A DNA stretch of 64,000 bases. Source: Epithemia pelagica. Lineage: Eukaryota > Protista > Bacillariophyta. Shown here one piece after another: positions 9,544 to 20,133 of the stretch. The notes under the pieces are model-generated. The model was not told where the DNA came from and ran no database searches. It worked only from the letters and a program-made list of their open reading frames with translations. Both the position numbers and the translations under genes were made by a program. Numbering within the stretch: the first letter of the stretch is position 1; each line of letters opens with the position of its first letter. The DNA lies in contig OX337228.1 in NCBI GenBank assembly GCA_946965045.2, positions 4,526,001 to 4,590,000 of the forward strand, given 5' to 3'.

Positions 9544-12500
9544 ATGGATCCTCAATCACCCAAGACACCTACAACTCCTAAGGGAGAAGATAACCAAGAC
9601 AATGTCTCGAACACAGACCTATTCGACCACATCATATTTACTGTCTGCCAATTCTTTACCAAGGAAAGAGCCGACTACTTAATGAAGTGGATGAAATACC
9701 ATGGTTTTGAGAACATTACCCATGTTATCTCGTATATGCAAACTAATACCGAGGAATCCATGAACGAAGTGACCCAATACAAGGTCAACAAACAGACACA
9801 TGATCTACAAGGCCCCACAAGACAGCAGATCAAGCTCTTGGCTTATTGGGCCATATACAAGACCAATGAAATTCAAGACGAGCTATCCAATAGCGACTGG
9901 ATGAACCTAACGAGGAGAGAGTTCAACACTTGGAGGATCAATACAGATTTCTCTAAGGGACCACCTAGCCAAGTTCCAGTCTCGCCAATGAAGTCACCGT
10001 CATCTGCGAAATCTGTCAGCACAGTTACTGCCGCATCCCAATCTCAACAAGACCTTACGGCATTCAGAAAGGGAACTAAGCGCGACGCGGCTGCGTACGA
10101 GGTATTCAAGGATGAACGATACTACGATTCATTCTGGCGTGTATTCAAGACTACAGCTAAGGCCCAAGGCCTATCCAACGTTCTGAATTTCAAATACACA
10201 CCACCCCAAGATGATGAGTATGCCGAAGAACTTTTTCAAGAGCAACAAGTATTTCTTTACTCCGTTCTTGTCCGTATCATTCAAACTGACCAAGGTCGAG
10301 CCTATGTACGTGAACATGAACATGATGAAGATGCGCGTGCCGTATTGCAGAAGTTACATTCTTTGCATACCGAATCCGACCTAGCAAAACGAGAAGTCCT
10401 CCGTTTAACCAACTACATTTCCAATCTACGTCTTGACGACACATGGCGCGGAACAACACGTCAATTTCTTCTACACTTTCAAGAGCAGCTACGTTTGCTA
10501 GACAATCTAGTGACATTGTCTGATCGCATCCCTGATCATACCAGGATGACCTTCCTCATGCAAGCTGTAGAAAAGGTACCTGATCTCCGCCGAGTCAAGA
10601 TCTTGGATAATGTGGTGAACACCAAATCCGGTGCAAAATCCCTTTGCTATCAATCATACTTCCGTCTTCTTCTGGACGCAGCTTATGACCACGATCAAGC
10701 AACCCAGTCATCTGTTCATAGTCGCCGTCGACATGTCAAACAACATGAATCACTATATGGCCAAGATACAGATGCTGACATAACCTCACAAGATGATATG
10801 GAGTATCATGTCCACAACACCAAAGTGACATCTGAATCTCCATCCTCTTCGTCCAAGGTTAGTCTATCGCGTGACCTATGGTTCAAACTTTCTGAAGAAG
10901 ATCGCAAGTTGATCATTGAGTATAACAAGATGATTCAAGCACCTTCATCAACAACACCGAGGAAAGTGCAAACACATGCCCTCGACATTGATCCGGAACC
11001 TGATCCTGACCCCAACCAAGTTGCATCTGATGACGACTCACCTGGCGCAGTCCCTGAGCATCCAGACGATTCAGATCCGGTTACACAATTTATCAACCAA
11101 GCCATGACGACTGATATCAATCACCCGGCAACTGACCTGACTAGTGTTCTTTCTAACGCCAAGTCCAAGACGAGCAAGAAGGTTACTTTCAAAGCCAATA
11201 TGCATAAACAGGAAGGACACATACTGCACTATCTGTCTTCCAGGAAATCTACTCTCCCAGGAAACCAATTGGTTGACCGTGGTGCTAATGGAGGACTTGC
11301 TGGTTCTGACATGCGCATCCTTTCTAAGACTGGCCGCCATATCACTATTGTGGGTTTTGATAACCATGAACTTACTGGACTTCCTGTCGTCACATGTGCC
11401 GCAAAGTTTGAGACCAATGATGGACCTATTGTCGGCATCTTCAATGAATATGCTTATTATGGAAAGGGCTTATCTATCCATGCTCCTGGTCAATTCGAGC
11501 ATTTCGGACTTGCTGTTGATGAACGATCTGTTAAAGTTGATGGTAAACAACGCATCACTACACTTGATGGTCGTGCTATACCCCTTCACATCAAGGATGG
11601 GTTAGCCTACATCCACTCCTTGGGTATCCCCAGCGACAGTGACATGAATACCTTACCTCAGATCATCTTCACGTCACCCGACACATGGGATCCTGGTGTT
11701 CTGGACCATTCGTATTCTCCCACACCCTCTGACAACGATCCTGATTGGAAACACGTCAAGACTGATGGTAGTATGTCGAACCATCCATATGACAACTATG
11801 GGGAGTACACTGATCGTGTTGTTTGTAACCTCAATCTCCTTTTGGATCTCCCATACGATCATGGACCTGACGACGCACCCTTCTTTTCTATCTATGCTGA
11901 CGCAGAAGGTAATGATCCTACACTTCATGCCTCTGTCCACCGTCGTTACCAGGAAGCGTATGACTGGAAGAAGTTCCGTCCATTCTTTGGTTGGCAATCT
12001 GAAGATGTTAAGCACACTACACGTAATGGTAGCATTACTTTTGACCACGACACCCTCAAGAAATATTTCAAGGCTCGCAATCCGGTCCTTAATATACCTT
12101 GACGTCATGAACCCGTTGCTACTGACTCGGTTTTCTCCGACACCCCTGCTGTTGACCATGGCGGTAAAGTCGCACAAATCTTTGTTGGTTGAGATACTCT
12201 GGTTACTGATATCTATGGGATCAAGTCAACCAAACAGTTTGTCAATACCCTTCAGGACAACATCCGGTTTCGTGGTGCCATGGAGACTCTTATCAGTGAT
12301 GGTGGTTCATCTCTCATCTCTCAAAAGGTCAAAGACATTCTTCGCACTTTGCTTATTGGGGAGTATCGATCCAAACCTTATCATCAACACCAGAATAAGG
12401 CTGAAAACCGTTACCAGACCGTCAAACGTATGACCAACGCTCTCATGAATGCCACTGGTTGCCCTGCCAACGCCTGGCTTCTTTGCCTTGAGTATGTCTG

Positions 12501-12836
12501 TGACTTATTGAACCATACATCATCACCCACCCATTCCGGTCGCACTCCTCTTGAGGCTCTCTCCGGACGCCCACCCGACATACTCATCTCTTGTTCTTTC
12601 CTTTCTGGGATGAGGTTTACTACCGTGTCGACCCCGCTGAACCCAATTCTGGTTCATATCCCTCTTCTTCTGATGAGAAACTTGGCCACTGGGTTGGTTT
12701 TGCTCACAACGTTGGTGATTCTTTTACTTGGAAGATTCTCACCCAGGATAACCAGATAATCTACCGTTCTGCCGTTCGCCGTGTTGAATCCACTACACCT
12801 AACCTACGTGTGGATCGACCTTCAGGGGAGATCAGA
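9544..12836 (+). pseudogene. Gag-protease-integrase polyprotein of the nested element (disrupted)
   Basis: 852-aa open part (gag, LVDRGANGG protease), then integrase PVATD...ISDGG...HQNKAENR. In-frame TGA at 12100-12102 and at 12190-12192, a frameshift near 12590, and truncation at ~12836. Confidence 0.9.
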
Positions 12837-13667
12837 TTTGGTATGTAATGAATGTAACTTCTTCAATACGGCACGCGCATCTTCATCATGTTCATGTTCA
12901 CGTACATAGGCTCGACCTTGGTCAGTCTGGATAATACGGACAAGAACAGAGTAAAGAAATACTTGTTGCTCTTGGAATAGTTCTTCAGCATACTCATCAT
13001 CTTTGGGAGGTGTGTACTTGAAATTCAGAACGTTGGATAGGCCTTGGGCTTTAGCTGTAGTCTTGAATACACGCCAGAATGAATCGTAGTATCGTTCATC
13101 CTTGAATACCTCATATGCAGTTGCGTCGCGCTTGGTTCCCTTTCTGAACGCCGTAAGGTCTTGTTGAGATTGGGATGCGGCAGTAACTGTGCTGACAGAT
13201 TTCGCAGATGACGGCGACTTCATTGGCAAGACTGGGACTTGGCTAGGTTGTCCATTGGAGAAATTTGTATTGATCCTCCAAATGTTGAACTCTCTCCTCG
13301 TTAGGGTCATCCAGTCGCTATTGGATAGCTCATCTTGAATTTCATTGGTCTTGTGTATGGCCCAATAGGCTAAGAGCTTGATCTGTTGTCTTGTAGGACC
13401 TTGCAGATCATGCGTCTTGTTGTTGACCTTGTACTGGGTTAGTTCGTTCATGGATTCCTCAGTATTGGTTTGCATGTACGAGATAACATGAGTAATGTTC
13501 TCAAAACCATGGTATTTCATCCACTTCATTAAATAGTCAGCTCTTTCTTTGGTAAAGTATTGACAGACAGTATATATGATGTGGTCGAATAAGTCTGTGT
13601 TCGAGACATTGTCTTGGTTATCTTCTCCCTTAGGAGTTGTAGGTGTCTTGGGTGGTTGAGGATCCAT
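12832..13667 (-). pseudogene. N-terminal gag of the outer element (truncated)
   Basis: MDPQPPKTPTTPKGEDNQ...HTKSDL; about 17 differences in ~279 aa relative to the nested gag. Confidence 0.9.
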
Positions 13668-14108
13668 GGTAGTACTTGATTGGTTTTATTTAATGTGTGG
13701 TGTGATAGGAACCCGGATGTACCACGTATATGCCACGTATAAAGTACCCGGATGTGTGTTGTGATGTCCAAAAGGTAACCCGGATGTGCGGAACTCGGTT
13801 TTGTCTCTGGTTTGGTGTGAAAACGACTTAAAGATACTTATTCTTGGTCTCTTCCAGACTCGTTGCGGTGATCGAGTTGAACCGGGGAATCAGGAACAGT
13901 GGTAGCTTGCTCGTCTTGCTCGTAGTCCTCAACAAAGTGGTTCACTGGTCAGGTGAGTATTGGGAAGGTAGTTGCACGGAGTCCTGGTGCAGCTTGAGGT
14001 CCTGGAATAGGAGAGGGTTGGTGACCCTAGCCTTAGCCAGGCTGGCCCTGTTGTTGGGTTGGGTAGCTTTGTCCTCTAACTCTTGTTTGTTGGGGTATCT
14101 CAATCTGT

Positions 14109-14184
14109 AGTGGGTGTTGATGGGTAAGTAAGGTTCCAAATGCAACAGTGGGTGTTGATGGGTAAGTAAGGTTCCAAATGCAAC
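14109..14184. repeat. 38-bp tandem duplication in the outer element leader
   Basis: AGTGGGTGTTGATGGGTAAGTAAGGTTCCAAATGCAAC x2 (14109-14146, 14147-14184). Confidence 0.95.
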
Positions 14185-14201
14185 TGCAGGGAAATAAGCA
14201 G

Positions 14202-14215
14202 TGAGACTGTTAATC
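14202..14215 (-). promoter_or_regulatory. Primer-binding site of the outer element
   Basis: GATTAACAGTCTCA directly after the 5' LTR on the minus strand. Confidence 0.75.
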
Positions 14216-14938
14216 TAGTAGAATTCTTTCAAACTCATGGGGGATAATGCTCGGTAGAGCAGACAATCAGGTAGGTCACCAACCGATAGTAGTATCTCCA
14301 CGGGTCAGAGATACAACCAAGTCGTAGTCTATCAAAAGGAAAGTCGGGACACAAAAGAGGATGTGATAAATGGTGATATTGTTAGATTGTGAGCTTTAGG
14401 ACTACGGTGTGTGTTTTGATGTGCAGGTCTGGCCAGGGTGCATGACTGATATATTCATGGCGCTGACAGGACTGGTCTGGTTGGAGTAGACATGGATATT
14501 GTGTATTGGAAGTATATGCACTTGTATATCATATACTAATGCCAACATCTCTTGCTTTGTTGTGATATAGGTAGTTTTCTTGGCGCGTTGCCGTTTGCAT
14601 TCTTCGATTTGTGGGAATAGAGATATGGTCTCGCGTGATCGTGATTCGTGCTTCGGTTACTTAGGCCGTTGGGCTAAGTCGTGGAGGTGCGTACTCGAAT
14701 ATTGATTGCGCGCGCTTGAGAATATTGGGCGCGCACGTGTTGGGCCATAATTAATATCCGATCGGTCGCTCATAACAAGTGCATTGCGAGCATGCCTTGG
14801 CCGAATTTAAAGGTCTGCGAGCATGCCGTCATTCTTTTCTCACTTTGACAAAAATGTCATCGGATGCCATAAAATACTAGCATCAGTCGATGAGTTGTAG
14901 ATTCCACCACCACCTAGTTGTTGGTGAGAATTCTGCCA
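14216..14938 (-). repeat. 5' LTR of the outer copia element
   Basis: 723 bp, 10 substitutions relative to 4500-5222. Confidence 0.95.
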
Positions 14939-15470
14939 CCAGTAACAAAAAAGCCATGTGGTCACTTTTGAGCACGTTCCATCATGTAATACACTTGTGT
15001 ACAATCTCTACATTCCCCAAAGTATCGAATAACAAGACAAGATCCCGACATACCCACATAATAAAATAACGTGATCCTTGGTCACGTAAGGTAATAGTGT
15101 CTCAGTAGATTTCGACGGTGCCACAAGCTCTGGAGAGGCATCCATGATGGCATGTGGCTGATGCATATTGCCTTTTTCAATGACGTCAACAGGTATTTAC
15201 GAGAGAATTGGACCTACTCTTCATTTTTGAGACGGCAGAGGACGAGGTGGAGCAGTATCCTCGTCGTTCCATAGAATGGATGAGACGATTGGGATATCGA
15301 TGGGTACAACTACGATACCAAAATAGAAGACAGGTCTCTCTAAAAGAATAGTAATACGTATCCGACCCCAGACAGTGTCACCAATTGCATTCAAGACACA
15401 ATATATGTTTGTATATCACCAGTAAAATCCGTGCAACTAGGTTTCAACCTATATTGACTGATCTGGTAAC

Positions 15471-15521
15471 TTAGGCATTGTCATCCTCACCATCAGCATC
15501 TTTGGTTGCCTCTTTGGGCCC

Positions 15522-15572
<51 letters not shown>

Positions 15573-16310
15573 CGGTTCGTCACGGGACTCCTGGGCGCCC
15601 ATTCGTTCCTTTCCATGAGCACAGGTCATGAGGCCAGCGACAAACCACAAAACCGCGGCGGCAATGGAGCATCGACCTCCTGTATCCAACGAGCAACCCA
15701 ATTCCCGGTCACCATCGCTGTCACAAAACTTTTCCGATCGCTTCAGCCAAAACTTGAATCCTGATCAAAATCATGCAAGAGGAGACAAATGTACAATTTT
15801 GAGCAACCATGACTTCAAAATCATCTCCCTTTCAGTGGTTGCGGAAAACTAAACGTACCTTCGAACATGCATGTGATGAAGCAAAACAGTCCAGTCAAGA
15901 GGAAAATCTTGGGAGGGAAGGGGATGCATGACGCGAAGAGATAGATTAACCAGATCAAAAACCCAACGATATTTGCCGTAAATCCCAGTCCACGGGCAAC
16001 ATCAAAGTCGTCATCCAGGTTACCCATGACAGAGCCGGAATATTCCCGACGAGAGCCGCCGACATCTTCAAAGCACCAAAAGCCAATGGCTCTGACTCCA
16101 ACGTTTTGCGCACGGGGAACCCGAAAGAAGTTGTCGTCGTCCAGTTTAAGAAAGTTACACAAGGACGTGGACACGAGGGAGAGACAAAAGGCGGCACTCA
16201 CGAAAAGGGAGGGGCCAAAGCACAAGATCCCGTTGGCTCTGAACGAATTTCCAGACGGGCACAAGAGCAATGAATGAGTAATCACTTTCGACGTGCAACG
16301 ATGCAACCAT
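15471..16310 (-). CDS. Four-TM claudin/tetraspan-like membrane protein with (EP)n acidic tail
   Basis: TM1 LFVSAAFCLSLVS, G-FW-C loop motif (IGFWCF), three further TM segments. Intron 15761-15858 (GTACGT...TCAG) joins MFEG to FKFWLK. C-terminal EPEPEP repeat. Start position uncertain. Confidence 0.55.
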
Positions 16311-16424
16311 GGTCGTCATGTCTCAGACTTACAGACTCGGCATAGTGGAGACGCTTTCAAAAGAAGGTGTTATCTCAATCAATGAACCGCTTCGTTCGAC
16401 CGTCAATCTATCTCTTCGGACTTA

Positions 16425-17135
16425 GGGGGTATATTATCGGGCGCGCGGAGCATGTGCGGAGCATGATATGGGCGGAGAAAGGCCAAACCAACCCGGATAT
16501 AAAGCTTTCCTCCGCAAAATTTACATGCGGAGGAAGAGTGCGGGTGGAGCATGGTTGGAAGCAAAATCACGCGCCCACACACCACACACTCAATGCGTCG
16601 AACAGTCGAAGTCTTCCGATGATGGATTTGTCATGGACAAAAGCGATGACAGAGTCTATCTAGGCACTAGTATTGTAGACAAGTACATATAGTCGGCCAA
16701 CTGTTGCTGCCTTGCTCTTTAGGAGTCTTTTCCATCCTCATGGTGGAGGTTGTGTTTCCATAGAGCATGGAAATTGACGTGTCTTTCCCACATGAGCTCG
16801 TAGGGCCAACAGAACAACAGGTGAAATATCCAATGGATACTCTAAATGATAAGTAGTCTAAAAAGGGAATGATTATTGTGTCCGGAAACCACCCCTTTGC
16901 TTGCCAGCGTCTTCCCAAAGTTGCTCTTCTCCTTCCTTTTCGATTCCATACTTAAGGCGACCCATACGCGTTTCCGTGACGGTCGAGGATTTTGAGCGCG
17001 CGCGCCGCGCATGCTCCGCATCTCTGCATCCGCCCACCGATAATATAGACGCGCGGAGGATGCATCGTGGAGCATGCATTGCTCCCCCCATTTCCATGCT
17101 CCGCCCATGCTCCGCGCGCCCGATAACATACCCCC
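16425..17135. mobile_element. PIF/Harbinger-type MITE (711 bp)
   Basis: ~30-bp TIRs GGGGGTATATTATCGGGCGCGCGGAGCATG / CATGCTCCGCGCGCCCGATAACATACCCCC (one mismatch); 3-bp TSD TTA at 16422-16424 and 17136-17138; repeated subterminal GGAGCATG motifs; no transposase ORF. Confidence 0.85.
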
Positions 17136-17678
17136 TTAGGAGGTCTTTCGGGCTTGGGCTGCGGTAACTGTGGACGAATGAGTAGACATAACAAATTTTG
17201 GGGCTTGGGGTCATGGGGGAATTCTCAGCGGGGTATCTTATTTCTTGCTCGTTTCACCTTGATGCATTGTATAATTTTGAAGAACACTACTCTCAACGGA
17301 TATGTGTAGCCGCTTAGGAGTTCTAAATGAGATTGATCACCCCCCCCTAGCGGGGGTGATTTTGAGGTTGTGGCTAGACGAAATTAAACCCTCTTCGCAA
17401 CACCCGCTAGGGGCTGGATGTTTGATTTCCAATGTCCCCTGTCCCCTTGTAAAACAATGGAGAATGGAGTGTTGTAGGAGAAACCGCAATGCCACCGTTA
17501 CATTTGGAGGTCGGCGGACGAAGATTCTGGACAACAGCGAAGATGTGTAAACCCTTCAGATGACAACTTTGCAATTGCTCGCCCGTGCCACTGATGTACT
17601 GGTGACATTGTAGATGGCGGTAAAAGAGTCGATCTGCAATGTGTAGCTCTCTTTGGTAGAAGGAGTAATAAAAAGCCT

Positions 17679-17752
17679 AGCCTCCACCGAGGTTCGAACT
17701 CGGGACCTCGACATTACGAATGTCGCGCTCTAACCAACTGAGCTATAGAGGC
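17679..17752 (-). tRNA. tRNA-Thr(CGT)
   Basis: GCCTCTATAGCTCAGTTGGTTAGAGCGCGACATTCGTAATGTCGAGGTCCCGAGTTCGAACCTCGGTGGAGGC-T: complete cloverleaf, anticodon arm CGACA-TTCGTAA-TGTCG, GTTCGAA T-loop, T5 terminator just downstream. Confidence 0.97.
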
Positions 17753-18171
17753 ATAGCAGCTGGGTAAAATCATATTCTTGAATACCTCTATTTCTAGTAC
17801 CATCAGCCTGGGCACATGTGTATCCGTTTTTGTGCGAGTACCGTGTACCATGTTTCATAGACCGTTCCTAATCTTGTACCTTGCAGTGTGGTGCACAGAA
17901 AGCAAGCCTGCACGGCTTTTTCTCAAGTCGTTGATCGGGTGAGTTTGTTCGTGGTTACGGTTACCGGACTCAATTTTCACAGCGTGATTCGTTATCGATG
18001 ACATGAATCCTCGACCAATAACATTGCTGAAACTTTCGTTCTCAAGAATGTGTTCCACTTTCATAGCTCCATCATAAGGAGGTTACGGTTACGTCCTCGA
18101 CTTTCGCCTTAGCCAAGAGTCTGGTACTGGGTCACTCTAGATCACCATCATCGAGGCCAAGATCACGCAAT

Positions 18172-19682
18172 ATGAATAAATCAGTGCTGGATAAGGATGA
18201 AGAGGACGACACGCTGCTGATTGAAGACAGTGACCAGTTCGGTTCACGTTTCAAAGCGGAAACTACCGAGCTGATAAGAAATGTCTATAGGTACGTGAAA
18301 TGTTAATGGGAGAGAGCTGCGATTTCTTTGGCTAACTTTTGGATCTTCACTCTCTCCGTCGTCTTGAAAGCATGGTTCGAGAAGTTTATCGCTCTCCACA
18401 ATCTGGTTGCCTATCATCGTCGATTACAGAAGATTTGATCTCACTTCTCCACATTCAGAACGAGATTCTCATCGAGTATGCGTTACAGCTTCCAAAGTCA
18501 CATGGGACCGATTTGATTGTTGACGTCTATCGGGTAATATTCTACGAAGTCAGGACAACTCAGAACAACATGTTGCCCCTTTTTGTTCATTCCATGGATG
18601 GCTGCTGCGCAGCAGCGAATGACTTTTTTCGAATGTCAAACAAACTTGAGACTTTTTGTGACTCTTTAGTTCTGGAACACAATCTTCCTCGAGAAGTTCG
18701 TGAAGATGGCATGGACTTAGTGGCGAAAATGAGCCAAACGGCAGTTTATGCTGCAGAGCGTGTACAAGTCTTTTATATCCGGGAAATCAATCAAACTGCA
18801 ATTCCCCTCAATTTCTTCAGTCCAGCATGGGAAGAAGACTGGACACACAATGAGGTCATGCTAGATATGTTGAATCACATGGATCGATTCTTGCCACATG
18901 TCCAAACAAACCTCGGAGATGGAACGTTGTATGACAAAGTACTGCTTAGTTCTTGTAAAGCAATCGTTTGTTTCTACATTCGATGCCTTGTGGAAAAAGC
19001 GGACGCTGTTTGTCGCCGGAAGACAGGCGGAGCACGACGGCGAGGCAGAGCAGCAAAACCATTTTCCAATCCCAACCGCGCTTTGATGCGCATGCAAGAC
19101 GACATCAATCTGCTCCGAAAATATTTTTCAGAACATGCTGGAGGAAACGTAGCTCTTGCTCGTGTGATGGCTAATGAAATGAGAATGCTGGAAGTAATCT
19201 ACGAGTGCCTTGCCGCCGAGGACGCGGATTCGCTTGAAAATATGGTGGTCGTTTTGCACAAACGAACAGGTGCCGATGTGCTGGTGACGCGATATTTTGT
19301 TGCCGATTTGTGGGCTCTGGTCGCCGAAGAGGGACAAACAAAGAGAAATGAAGTTGTCAAAGTAGTGATCCAATCGGTTCAACCCGATTTGGAGATGGTG
19401 TCAGCTGGTATGAAAGAGGAAGGGCGTCATCTTGTCCTCTCATCAGCCAAAGCTTCGGACTTGTCCTTTCTGAGAATCGATGAGATGTTGCGGTCAATAT
19501 ATGAAGATCGAATCACCCAAGGGATTCTCCCGTTGTGTTGGGCGTGTCTACCTAAAACGGAGAATTCAGAAGGAAGTAAAAAAGTTGTTTCTCAATCGAT
19601 TCGGAAGTTTTCAAGAAAAGTCATTGAACTTCCTCTAAAGCATGTAAAGAAGAAGCCAGGCAACAATGTACTCGTGACATGA
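18172..19682 (+). CDS. Helical protein, possibly exocyst Sec6/EXOC3 C-terminal-like
   Basis: Exon 1 from ATG 18172 spliced via intron 18291-18370 (GTACGT...AAAG) in frame to the 447-aa ORF. All-helical pattern (AANDFFRM, FYIRCLVEKA). Family assignment is by resemblance only. Confidence 0.45.
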
Positions 19683-20133
19683 GAGTTTGGTTGGAGTAAA
19701 CATGTGGTCCGCTTGATGCAAATTGTCACTCTCATGCAATTATGCCAAAAAGTGTGATCCTGACTCCAGCGAATTACATACGAGATGATAGTAATGCGAC
19801 GATAAGGGAAACATGATGTCCAATGTTCTACCTAGTTGATTGAACCTGGTGTAAGCGTATATCTTTTGTTCCTACAATTGTCCCTTTTGCACATAGAAGT
19901 GACGAAGAGTAAAAATAAATCTCACTTCCTCGCGGGTTCTTCTACGTGGGAAGCTGAATGTTTCAGTTGGGATGTTGAACATGTCGATGTCTAATCAATG
20001 CTCGTTCTCCACACAAAGCTTTGGGTATTGTTGAGAACCCAGACTGTCCTACGAAGAAAGGATTTTGTCTTTTATCGAACCTCATCTTTTATTTACCAGG
20101 TTTGAAAAAGCTAACAATTCTAACGTATCTAAA

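Larger units (their letters stand above)
7953..12836 (+). mobile_element. Nested, 3'-truncated CoDi-like copia element inserted antisense into the outer gag
   Basis: 5' LTR 7953-8736, PBS, leader ORF, gag-PR-integrase. The sequence ends after the integrase C-terminus (RVDRPSGE) and joins the outer gag directly; RT, RNase H and the 3' LTR are absent. Confidence 0.9.
4500..14938 (-). mobile_element. Ty1/copia (CoDi-like) LTR retrotransposon, non-autonomous outer element
   Basis: Direct 723-bp LTRs at 4500-5222 and 14216-14938; 5-bp TSD CCAGT at 4495-4499 and 14939-14943; PBS 14202-14215; purine tract GTGGGGAG before the 3' LTR; internal gag, protease and degenerate RT fragments in copia order. 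Confidence 0.95.

Noticed and set aside
14109-14184. 38-bp direct repeat as a CRISPR-like array
   Set aside because: Two adjacent copies with no spacer, inside a eukaryotic retroelement leader; a simple tandem duplication.
16667-17214. Short ORFs inside the MITE as transposase, Fanzor or TnpB
   Set aside because: Under 115 aa, with no DDE, RuvC or zinc-finger motifs.
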